NCBI GenBank assembly: GCA_013265495.1 | Contig: MU061538.1 | Location: 124,001 to 188,000 of the forward strand | Reading direction: 5' to 3' | Origin: Vicugna vicugna | Taxonomy: Eukaryota | DNA: 64,000 nucleotides | Shown here: piece after piece, positions 1 through 11,200 of the stretch | Position numbering within the stretch: the stretch's first letter is position 1 | Layout of the letters: every line of letters begins with the position of its first letter | The notes under the pieces: generated by a model | Databases searched by the model: none | The model's input: only the letters and a program-made list of their open reading frames with translations | What the model was told of the DNA's origin: nothing | Translations under genes and position numbers: made by a program

Positions 1-69
1 TTTGTTGCTAGCTCCTTTTAGGAGACAGTGCAATATCGTAGTTGAGTTAATAACAGTAATAGTTACGAG

Positions 70-306
70 CAGGAGCTGTCTTTGTAAAGGGCCAGATAAT
101 GGAGATTTTAGGTGTGTGGGCCCCGTGGTCGCAGCTGTCCCACCTGCCGCGCTGCACAGAGAGGAGTAGATGGCGAAGTTTGAATTTCACATCATGCTTC
201 TGTGTCACAAGCTATTATTCTCCCAACCTTTTCCAACCATTTAGAAATGAAGACCACAGAGATGGGCATGGGCCGGATTTGGCCTCAGGTTGGGTTCCTG
301 ACCCTG
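70..306 (+). mobile_element. MER58B-like hAT-Charlie DNA transposon remnant
   Basis: Segments tgtaaagggccagata, tttgaatttcac, caaccatttagaaatg and gggccggatttggcc...gaccctg occur in the order of the recalled MER58B consensus. Confidence 0.75.
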
Positions 307-443
307 GGTCAGGGCCCGAGGTGGTGGGAGCGGGTCTTGTGAGGAGGGAAGGTCCTCAGGCAAGAGTGGGGTTGCCCTGCGCTGTCAGCTTCCTGAGCTG
401 AAGGAGGGGGGCAGTGCTGAGGGGCAGGCCGGCACCCCCGGCA

Positions 444-482
444 TGTGTGGTGTGTGTCTGTGTGTGTGCGCGTGCGCGCGCG
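444..482. repeat. Imperfect (GT)n-(GC)n microsatellite
   Basis: tgtgtggtgtgtgtctgtgtgtgtgcgcgtgcgcgcgcg. Confidence 0.8.
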
Positions 483-2091
483 GCCACGCGGTCAGGGTGT
501 CCCCTTGCAGAAACGGCCCACAGGGTAAGCCCCATCACCTTGGCGGCTGCGTGGCTGCCTGGAAACACAGATGCAGACCCCAGACTTGTGAGACTGTACG
601 TTACAAGGCGATTACCCAGAATTGTTTTGGAAGAGTAATGTTGGAAGTAATTCATAGAAAACAAAACTTATAAAACCTGTGAGTGCCTAAGGTTCTCTTC
701 AGTTTTTCATTTTAATTTTTAATGTCGTTTCCTTGCTATTTGCTTTTCTCAAGTGACCTGTCATCTTCACTTTTCCATCCTTGTCTCTGAATGAAGGGTC
801 AGGGTCGAGAGGCAGCACTTGTGTGAGTGCAGGGCCCATCTGCAGGAGGCTGCTGCCTGCCTGGCGACCTGGGCTGCTTTTGCATCAGCGCACAGGGCGC
901 GTCAGCACGTGGGGCGCCCTCGGGTCCCGCGCAGGGAGCCAGTGGCCTGGTGACCCCTGTTGGGGGAAGGGGGTTCCTTTCCGGCTGCCTGGTGCCCTCC
1001 TCTTCCTGCTTTCCTGCTGGAGGTTTGGGGTGATTGCCGATCCTTCTGTGCTCCTGGTCTGTTTTGAGAACTCTTTCAGGCAGATCATTCATCCCGGAAC
1101 TCCCCTGTGTCCATGGAGGCCTGGCCCCAGGTCCCGGCTGGCCCGACTCTGCAGCCTTGCGGTGCCCGTCTTGACGCTCCACCCTCCCTGCGGCCACCCT
1201 GTCATTGTGGGCGGATGTTGGGGAGAGGAGAAGTGCTTACTCATCCTACCTCGGCCTTCTTTGGGCTAACTGTGGAGTCAGAACTGTTTTTTGTTCTTAA
1301 ACTTTGACCTGGAGAGTTTCATGTGTTGAGGCCCATGTGCCTGGCGCTGCTGGCCCTGCCCGTGTGTCTCCGTCCCTGTTTAGAAGCGAGTCTGCGCCAT
1401 GTGACACTTCTGTAGGTAGTGGAGGTGTCCCTAAAAGATAAGCATGATCCGACCATTGTCACAAGATGACAGTGATTCCTTCAGGTCGTTTTTTAGTGAC
1501 ATTTCAGTAACAGTCTGGGTTTTACAGAACCTGTCCCTGTTTGATGTTACTATGTTCCTCTGCCCTTTGTGTTTCCTGTAAGCTGGTGGCTAAATTCAGA
1601 GCTGAACAGAGTCATGTTTCTGTGTGGCTTGTTGGTCACGCTAGGTTCTTGGTGGGGTTGTTGTGAGCTACAGCCCGGGGCTGTGTACCGTCTTACCTCT
1701 CTGCCAGCACCCAGTGGCAGCCACTGCCTGGGTTAATCCATCACACGAAGAATTATTTTGTTTTGGTGCATTGCAGCACTTTGGAAGTTGGAGGGTGTTA
1801 CCCAGGCTGTCTCCCAGGACTGGCAGGGCGGGAGGCCCTGCGTGTCCCATGTGTGATCAGGGCCTGCTCAGTGGAGGCCGGCAGACGGGCTGGGCAGACG
1901 AGGCACCGTGTGCCTGGACTGTCCACTTGGAACACTCAGCTCTGGAGGTGATGTACTCGGAGGCCCTGAGCCTGTGGGATACTCTCCAGCTGGCAACGTC
2001 GCGCAGGTGGTGAGGGCTGTTGTGCGGGTGCAGAGACCGGCAAGGAGCAGACACATGGGATTACTAAGCCTGTTTCCCTCTCTCACTTTAG

Positions 2092-2271
2092 AGCCTTTTA
2101 GAGGACCCTTCCCCGATGGTCCGCTCCACGGGGATCCTGGGTGTCTGTAAAATCACCTCCAAGTACTGGGAGGCGATGCCCGCCGCCATCCTGGTCGACC
2201 TCCTCAAGAAGGTCACGGCGGAGCTGGCCTTCGACACGAGCTCCGCTGACGTGCGCTGCTCTGTCTTTAAG
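2092..2271 (+). CDS. NCAPG2: NCAPG2 exon, 180 nt ([14 protein letters not shown]...ADVRCSVFK)
   Basis: Acceptor tctcactttag|, donor AAG|gtgaga; overlaps ORF 2116..2412. Confidence 0.96.
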
Positions 2272-5200
2272 GTGAGATGGCAGTTCCACAAGCAGTGCTG
2301 TTTGTGGGAGTACAGTCCGGACCACACGCTCCTGCCCCATCAGCACGGCTCTGCTGACGTTCTTGTTGTCTGGCCACAGGGAGCTTTTCAAAAAGATGTC
2401 TCCTTGAAATGATACTCGTTTTTAGTGAGTGCGGAGAGTGGGGAAACAGCATTTAGAATAGGAGCTGCATGTATATAAAACTTTTTAACGTTATTGTACA
2501 TTAAAATGGACTTTTTGGTTTAGTGGATGCACTTCAGTAAGAACCTTACAGAAGCGTTCTTTCCCCGCTGCCCTGTTTCCACACTTACCAGGACACATAC
2601 AGGCTTGTTTCACCTGCTGCCCCCCAACTGTCCCCAACGTGTAATTACTTTGAAGCAAATCCAGGATATTACGTTTATTTATTTATTTATGTATTTTTAT
2701 GGAGGTCCTGGGGATTGAACCCAGGACCTTGTGCATGCTAGGTACACACTCTACCACTGAGCTATTACCTGCCCCCCAAATCCAGGATGTTATATCAGCA
2801 CATTGGTAAATATTTCAACATGATCTTTAAAATAGGTCTCTTAAAAAATATATCCTTTTTCCTAATAACTGTAGAGAGACGGTGGTAGAGCAGGTCAGCT
2901 CTTCAGACGTGGGGGCCGGTCTGAGCCTGGGCCTCTGGTGCGGGCACAGCCATGCAGAATGCGGGTCTGACAGGCGCTGGGGCTCTGCACCCCTCGAGGC
3001 AGGAAACCATGCAAGGACCCTGGGGCTCAGCTTTGCGGCCACTCCACTGGGGTCCTCCTGCTCCTTTCAGCTCTAAAATCCTTTAAAATTTCACTCAGAG
3101 GAAGCACTGAAGAATGATTTTATAACTGCTCCAGCCTTGTTTGAATGAAACAATGGGTGAACTGATGATCAAGCATTGAAACTACATTAATTCATTCAAA
3201 GTGTGCTTCTTCCATGAAACTGTTTCAGAGGAGCGCTGTTTTCTTGAGGTGTGTTTATTTCACTAGTTTTAGTAAAGATGGAACTGAATGTTTTCTGAAC
3301 TGAATTTTCTTAACTTTTTCTTGCTTATGTTCTAATTTTGAACTGTTTATCTTTCTCCTTTCTTGTAGTGTCTGCCGATAGTTCTGGACAACAAATTAAG
3401 CCACCCATTATTAGAACAGCTTTTGCCAGCAGTGAAATACAGTCTCCATGACAATTCGGAGAAAGTGAGGGTGGCTTTCGCTGACCTGTTGCTGAAGGTG
3501 AAGGCTGTGCGGGCTGCCAAGGTACCGTAAACGGGAGCTTTCTAGTAAGATGTGAAGTAAGTAGGTGTCATTGTCATCGACAAAAAGGCAAAGCAGTTTT
3601 GATCTCGAGGGTTTTGGTGCCACCGTGTACACTGACTGATGTCTGGTCCGTTCTGCACTTGTTTGTCCCATGAAATGTCACTTGTTTTGTTAGTGTTTTC
3701 CTTGTGAAAGATGTTCATGTAAGCAGCCCCAGCCCTAAATTTTATTTTTATCATGTGCATAAAAGTTCTCATTGAAATGTTTAAATGCTTGCACACAATA
3801 AGCACTGAAAACACTACTTGAAAAAAATACTGAACATAGGTGTGTGCCCCCCCCATTCCACAGAAGGAAGGGGGGTCGCTCGCTGGGATGTGCGTTTTGG
3901 GGGAGTGCAAATTGCCGAAGGGACACCCTTAACTCTGGTTCTGTTTGGCTTTTGGCTGAAAATGTCAGTTACAGGGTTCTTAGCTTCATCACCCGGGCCC
4001 CCCTCTCTGCAGAAGCCCTGCAGCGCATCCCACGTGCTCTCGGGCCGCACCGCCCAGGCGCTGCCCTCTGTGCTCTCGCAGAGGTGTCGGTGGCTTCCAT
4101 CCTTTGTGTTTCCATGTAAAGTGCAGAATCTGCACCTCAGTTTCAACAAAAATGCTGCTGCAGTTTGATTGCATTTGTTGTAACAGCCTTTTGAAGGTGT
4201 AGTTCTGAATCTGAAGGTGAAATTTGGCCTCGTGTCTTGTGTGAAGTGTACCTCTGTTTGCAGAGGATGACTGGAGTGACAGCTCGTGAGAAAGTGGAGA
4301 GAGCAGTTGTTTTCAGTTTACGGGTCTGTCTAGGAGAACGGGGGCCAGGTGAGACCTGGAGAAAGGCCTGTGACTGGGGAGTCTGGGGTTCAGGGACGGC
4401 AGGAGCAGGGAAGGAAGGCATCATGTTTTCACCAGGGGCTTCTTTCATCTGAGTCCTTTGCTTGCAGAAGCAAGGCAGAGAGTGATTTAGCTCAGAGACC
4501 TCTGGGAAGGGTGCTGGGCACACGAGCTGATTCCCTGGAAAACGCGGGTCAGAGGTTGGCAGGCCTGTGGAGGGCAGCTGTCGGGAGGGGGCTGCTGGCC
4601 CACCAGGCTAGAATGCCGGCACTGGCCGGCACTGGCAGTGCTTGCGTTCCAGTCTCCGCCTGCTGCTGCGAGGGCGGGAGGAGGGCGAGAGCTGTCCTCT
4701 GCTTCCTCCCTGAGCCCGGGCAGGGCCGTGCGCAGAGGGACCACGAAGGCCCGGGGTGGATATTTACCGCTGATTAAATAAGAGTGCGTCCTGTGGCCGA
4801 GGAGCAGTTAGCAGCTTGGCTAATTAGGCTTCTATTTATAGTTTTCATTGCCAGTGCTAGCAATTTCAAGTTGCTTGCTGTTCGTTTTGAAATTCTACAT
4901 TTTTCGTATTTTATAGCTAAGATTTAGGCCAAATCAACAGCTACTAATATTGAAACTTCATAATTAAAAAGAAAAAAATCTTTGGGGTTTCTTTTTTTTT
5001 CTTCTTTGGATTTCTTGGTATGCAATTATTCTTAACATTGGAAATGAAACACCAGTTAGCAGTGTGTTTACATTCTTGTCTGCTGTTGATATCAATCTGT
5101 GGGTAATATGTTTGGATAAAATAAAACCTCAGGTAATTGAAACAGAAGAAATCAGGACCCTGAACTAGTCAGAGCCGCTCTGCACTTTGTTTTAGAAAAA

Positions 5201-8200
5201 GTGTCATCAAAGAAGAACAGGCTAACGTTGAGGGGGTTTCTCCAAAGGCAGCCTTGCGGGAAGAGTCCGTTGCGAGAACCGCCCCTGGGCCTTGGCACTT
5301 GGTGAGGTGCCAACCGCTGTTTCCATCAGGACGGTCGGGCCTCCGCGAGGGCTCCGGAGCCAGCCTTTTCCACGTGGAAGACCTCTTTTCAGTGCTGTCC
5401 TGTGGCCCGGCTGCTGTGCTGACCTGGGTGTTTCCTGGGTGTGTTTGTCTCGGGCGGGTTTGAGCTCCGTGAGGTCTTGAGGCCTGGAAGCCCCCCGTGA
5501 GCGCCGCCTCCGTTTCCCTCTCGGAGTCTGTGTTGCTCGGCGGCCCCAGTGGACGTGCAGCTGAGGGCGTGGCTGCCAGGTCCGCTCTGACCCACTCACT
5601 TGGGGAGGAGTGGTGACATGCTGAGGGGCTGTGGCCGGCTCGGGAGCTGGAGGGGTCTCCGCGCCCCTCCCTCCACGTCTGCTCCCATCCGCCCCGGTGC
5701 TGAAGCGGTGCAGCCGAGCAGAGCCATGGTCTCAGATCCCAGGCATGGCTGAACGGAGACGTGAGCCTTTCAGGAAATGTTTGTCACCCACAGCTGCGCT
5801 GGGTGCTGCCTGGGTTCCACTCGGTGTGCTCATACTCGCAGCCCACCTGGGTGGCCGGCATGGGCAGGAGGGGGCCGGGCAGAGGGCAGAGCAGGCTGGT
5901 GCTCATGTTTCTCCACCAGACTCTGGCGTGGGGTCTCATCTCACCTCCAGGCCTCAGCTGGCGATGCTGGAGGAGTTGGCTTCTCCATGGAGCCACCTGC
6001 CTCGGGGGGCTCTTGCTGTTGGAAGCCGGGGCGCTGTTTGCATCCCCAGTGGGACAGCGTGCGTGATAGAAGTGTTTGCTGTGAGGTTTGGGGTTAGTTA
6101 CTGAGAAATACCGGGAAGTGTGTAGGTGGAGGTGTCCCAGGAATGTCTGGGGGAACGGTGGTAGTGTCAGATGCTCAGACATCCCCTCCCGGCGGGGGCA
6201 GAGTGTGTCTGTCAGGATTTGCAGCACAAGGTCCTTGTGACCTGGGCATGGAAGGCTGAATGCGGGTGGGCTGTTCGCAGGTGGGAGTGAGGATGGGGCT
6301 GGGGGGAGGTGGGGGATGACGTGTTGTGTGAGGCTTGAAGCCACATGAAGATGCCTCAGTGCTGATGAGAAAGAGCCCGAAGGCCCTGGCCGAGGGTTGG
6401 TCGCTAGGGCCAGGGCCTGGAGGGACCCACGCCAGTGGTGCCGTCCCCTCGGACAGATGAGGGCCGTGTTGAGTGTATTTGCACAAGTGATGGAGACATG
6501 GTTTGAATGCTTCACCATTAAAATATGTTTCTTACTGTTATTCTGGGTCATTTTCCCTTTGTCTTGAATTTCTTGTTGAGAAGTTTGGCCCTTTCCCGTG
6601 GGCGTGGGCAGCTCTGACGCTTCTGAGCTGAGGGGTGGCAGGACAACGGCGGGCAGCAGCTGTCAGGGGGCCAGAGGAGGCCTGAGGCGGAGAGGGTGGG
6701 AGGGTGACCAGGCGTGCGCCCGGAGCTCAGGGCTGAGGCCTCTGTGTCCAAGTGGAAACGAGGTGCTTGCTTGAGCTTCCTTCCTGTGCCAAATCTGCTG
6801 TAAGTGTTTAAATTCACTTTTCATAGTAATGGACCAAAAATTGCGGTGTTTTAGGAAATTTAAAATTATGAGACTGATGGCTGTCCTTTGAGAGTCTGCT
6901 GCTGTACGTTGAGCGTGGTTCTAAGGGATTACAATTGAGCCCCAGCAGCCTCGTGCTGAGTGCTGTTAAAATACGGGTTTATTCTGATTTCTCTTCCCAA
7001 GAGGTGCAGATTCTGGTATAGTCATTTGAAATGAACTTCCTTGAGTACAGAAATTAGTTCCTTTTTTTATTAGGCTCTGGGAGTTTCACTTAAAATGTTT
7101 TCAAGGTTGCAGGAGGGATTGATTGTCTCCTTCTGGTGCTTCGCACACAGTTCTGGAAAATCTGCCCCATGGAGCACATCCTGGTCCGGCTGGAGTCGGA
7201 CTCCCTGCCCGTCTGCCGGCGCCTGGTGAGCCTCATCTTCAGTTCCTTCCTGCCCGTGAACCAGCCCGAGGAGGTATGGTGTGAGCGCTGCGTGGCGCTG
7301 CTCCAGATGAACCACGCGGCTGCCCGGAGGTTCTACCAGCACGCGCACGAGCACACCGCCTGCACCAACATAGGTACTGCCCGCCCGCGGGACTACACGC
7401 CAGGGCACTTCCTGCCCAGTTCCCTCCAGCTGTTTGGGGTTATAATTTCACTGTGAGAGAGACACTCTTATTGAAGAAACACGTAGATCAGTTATTGTTT
7501 GTCCTACACATTGTAGCCAAGCTGATTCATGTGATTCGCCACTGCTTGAACGCCTGCATCCGGAGGGCGCTGCGAGAGAGCCGGGAGGACGAGGAGGAGA
7601 GGGAGAAGGAGAAAGCCAGGGTGAGTGGGGCAGGGTGGTGGTGGGGNNNNNNNNNNNNNNNNNNNNNNNNNNNNNNNNNNNNNNNNNNNNNNNNNNNNNN
7701 NNNNNGGACCGGAGGGGGCGGGGACGTGTTGGGTGGGAAGGGACAGTGGGCACGGGGACCGGAGGGGACGGACGGGGACGGGGCGGGATGGGAGCTTCTC
7801 CTCCGGAGCTTGTGAGACAGGATGTCAAGTCAGAGTGGTGTCACTTGCACAGGCTGTTGCTGTAGCCAAATTCTTACTTTCCATTTGTTCCTTTAGTACT
7901 GGTACTTCAACTAATTATTTTGAAGGATCGTAAATAATTTTTTGGGAAGAATTCCCATGTATCCTTCTAGTTCACTGTGGACTCTGAGTAGGGTTAAATA
8001 CAGAGGAGAAATTATTATTGGTGACACCATTTTTCCAATTTTTTCACTATAAGCTTCTCTGTTTATTTTCATTTGACTTGGGGATAGCACCTTTGGATTG
8101 GGTCTGGATGTTACCGTATTTTACAGTTAGATGGGCGCCAGTGCCCTCAGATTCTACTGGAAACATCTTGGGGTTGAATTTCTGGGAATCAGCTTTATTT

Positions 8201-11200
8201 AGAATGATCTTTCAAACATAACTTATCAAAGGGACTGTTTAACTGCTATTTCTTCAGAATCCAAAGTGACCAATATATCAAAAAAAGAATATTTAAGATT
8301 TAGATACGTATTACTTATTTATAAGCAGTTTCTTAAGCTTATAAGCTAACTCTCATGCTTGTGTACATCTAAAGTAGAAGTCTGGGGTAGTCTTTGGTGC
8401 CCAGCCACGTGGATTAGGAAATGGCCTTTCAAAGAAAATAACAAAAGACAGTTTGCCCTCTTGCTGAAACCTGGTGCTGCGTGCTGGCCGCACGGAGAAG
8501 CTCCCGCGCTGGTCTGGCCGCCTGGGATGGAGTCTGCGAGTGTATGCGTGTGTGCGTGCGTGCGTGTGCACGCACGTGCTCCCGTCCACTCAGCATCTCC
8601 TTCCTGCTCTGACTGGGCTAGAGCGCGTGTGTGGTTTAAAGCACACGTTCAGAACGTAGCAGTGGCTACTGCTCACTGCCAGTGTAAGCTTGGAAGATGT
8701 AAGTAGGTTTGTCATTACAGAGCAAACCGAAGAGGCCCGTGGCTGAGTGGGAGCTGGCCGCCGTCAGGCAGGCTCCAGAGCCGGGGGCTCTGGCTGCCGG
8801 CCCCGGGGCTGGCGGCGGCTGGCCGAGGCCCACCTCGCTGTGGTCCGCTGAGCTGTGTGTGTCTGAGTCGGAGCAGTGACCACATTCAAGGACACAGCCC
8901 TCCTCCCTCAGTCTTCTCACATTGAGGACTTGTGAGACTGACATCTTCTGACACAGCAGAAAATATAGTAAAAAAGCCTGCTTTTCAGCTGTGTCATGTC
9001 CTTAAAGAATCATTTATACATTTTAATCTGTAGAGGAGTTTTAATTCATATAAACTGCTTATTGAAAGGACAGAGGGTAAATTTAGAATTTATTTCTTGG
9101 GTGGGCTTTTCAAAACAGATTGACCTTTAGTGATGGAGATGCTCAAGTAAAGTCGTTTCACGGCGTGGAAGTAGCCCTGCGTCCTGTGCGTTTCTGCTCT
9201 GGGTCTGGAGTTGAGATGTGCTTTTAAACAAGGTGCTCTCCTGACAGTCGTCCTGAGCTGACTCTTCCGCAACGCGGTCGTTGTTGCCTCAGGCCCTGGA
9301 CCAGACGCTGTCCGTGAGCGACGCGGGGTGCATGGCGGGCCTGTTGGAGGTCGTGGTGATCCTCTGGAGAAGCATTCACCGGAGCTGGAAGAGTAACACG
9401 GAGGCGGAAGTGTACACTGTCAGCAAGTTTGCCGCCATGCTGCCCGAGTACCTGAAAGTGTTCAAGGTGAGCCTGGCCGTGCTGCTGTGGGCGCGCTACA
9501 GTCACGCTTGTGCAGAGTCCGCCTGCGGGGCCTGAGCCAGCTCCCGCTTGTGGGGCGGCCGGCCTCTCGCCCCTCACGGGGGTCCCAGCACTCAGAGACG
9601 TGTCCCGGGTGAGCACCCGGTTGCTCTGTCTCTGACGGCCGGTGACGCTATTCTGGAGTCTGGTTTGAGTGCGCCGGCGCGCTCACCGCTGCCTCCGTGT
9701 GAGTGGCTTTCCTCCCGCGGCTCCTCCGGCAGCCCCGTCCCACTTTGTAGACGCAGAAGCCGAGGCTCAAAGACAGCCCTTTCCAATGTGCGGGACCCTG
9801 GACTGGGGTTGGCAGGTTCCCCCTAAGCTGCGCTGTCTTCCCAGAGGAATTCTGATTATCTTATTCATGAGTTTTTCTCTGACTTAGTTTCATTCTCTTG
9901 AGTTTTATATTCAGGGCACCATGTGCATAGAGTTTTTTTTCCCCCTTTCATCATTACTGTTTTTAAAATAGGAGTCAGTGCCTTGATGCAAGAGGTTTTG
10001 TCTGTTCTAGTTACTGCCATAGCCCCAGGATCTGCTCATACACAGCAGGTGCTCAGTAAATATTTGCACAAATTAGTGTTTCACACAAGGCAGTAAATGC
10101 CTTATAAAGCCCTGGGCGTACGCAGCAAACCTGACGCTTACCTGGGGTTTAAGTTTTCCCCTTGCGTGTTGAGAAGGTGGCTCAGTTCCTACGGAGCAAC
10201 TTTGAAAAATGGGCTCGTGGGAAGTCACTAGGGCCCTGGGAGTGCCTGAGTGCCTGGTGGTCATGTTCCCTTCTGTTTCGTCTCTTCATGCCTTCAGGAT
10301 GACCGCTGCAAGACCGCCTTGTCCATGCTGGCGTCCCTGATGCCAGCCTCGGCCGTGCCCACCTTCAGGTGCCCTCCCCATGTCCTGCACGTGCTGGTAT
10401 CACCCTCAGCAGACGGCCCACGACCCTCAAGTGCTCGGTGCTGCCGCCCTCCCACCTCCACCCCTGTGGCGGGGAGGACAGCAGACTCGGTTTCCAGGGC
10501 TCCGGGGTTGCTGAGGGACACGGGAAGAGACGGGGAACTGAAACCGCTGCTCAGCTTCAGAGTCTGCGGCCATCCAGCCCAGAGCAGCAGCACGCGTGGT
10601 TCTGGGCACACGAGCGTGGCTCTGGGTTGGATGAGCTGTGTGGGCAGGATGCACATGGACTTGGGCCTGGCGTGGAGCGGGGGACGTGAAGTGTCTCGTA
10701 GTGCTTCTCTGCACCGATGATGCCATACCAGTGTTGAGGACAGACGGGGCTAGTGAGATGCACTGTTGAAGTTAATGTCCCCCAGAACCTTTAAAATGAC
10801 ACGGGTGGCCTGCTTTTGTGGCTGCATCGTGTTTTTATTAGACAGTGTTGCTCTAGAGTTTTGGTTATTCCCTCAGTAACAATGGCTTATTTTTATTCAT
10901 ATTTATGAAAAAATAAATGTTTTGATGCTAAAAAAAAATAATTCCCCCCAAATTAGGGATCTTTAGAGTCTGACGGAGGCAACACAGAAAGGCTGGGGTT
11001 TTCATAAGCCTGGCGTGTCCTCTAGCTCATGTCGGGGCTGCGTGGGCTTGGCTGCCGGCAGTGCTGCAGATACAGCATTTTGTGCAAGCTCATCCCACGT
11101 GGCGATCATGGGAAATGGTGCATTTGTTCCCGTGGTGCAGCGTGTCCGGGGGACCTGAGACAGGCTTACGTGCCTTCAGTTTTTAGCATCTTCATTTTCC

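Noticed and set aside
1..2091. A further upstream NCAPG2 exon (ARNSEVRSNAALLF...)
   Set aside because: No matching peptide found; the window starts inside an intron
2700..2777. tRNA gene (also at 59945-60020)
   Set aside because: tRNA-like boxes with an A-rich tail and TSD and no full cloverleaf indicate a SINE
7487..7516. In-frame upstream AG (7485-7486) as an alternative acceptor adding 10 aa
   Set aside because: Preceded by purine-rich sequence (gaagaaacacgtag) with no polypyrimidine tract
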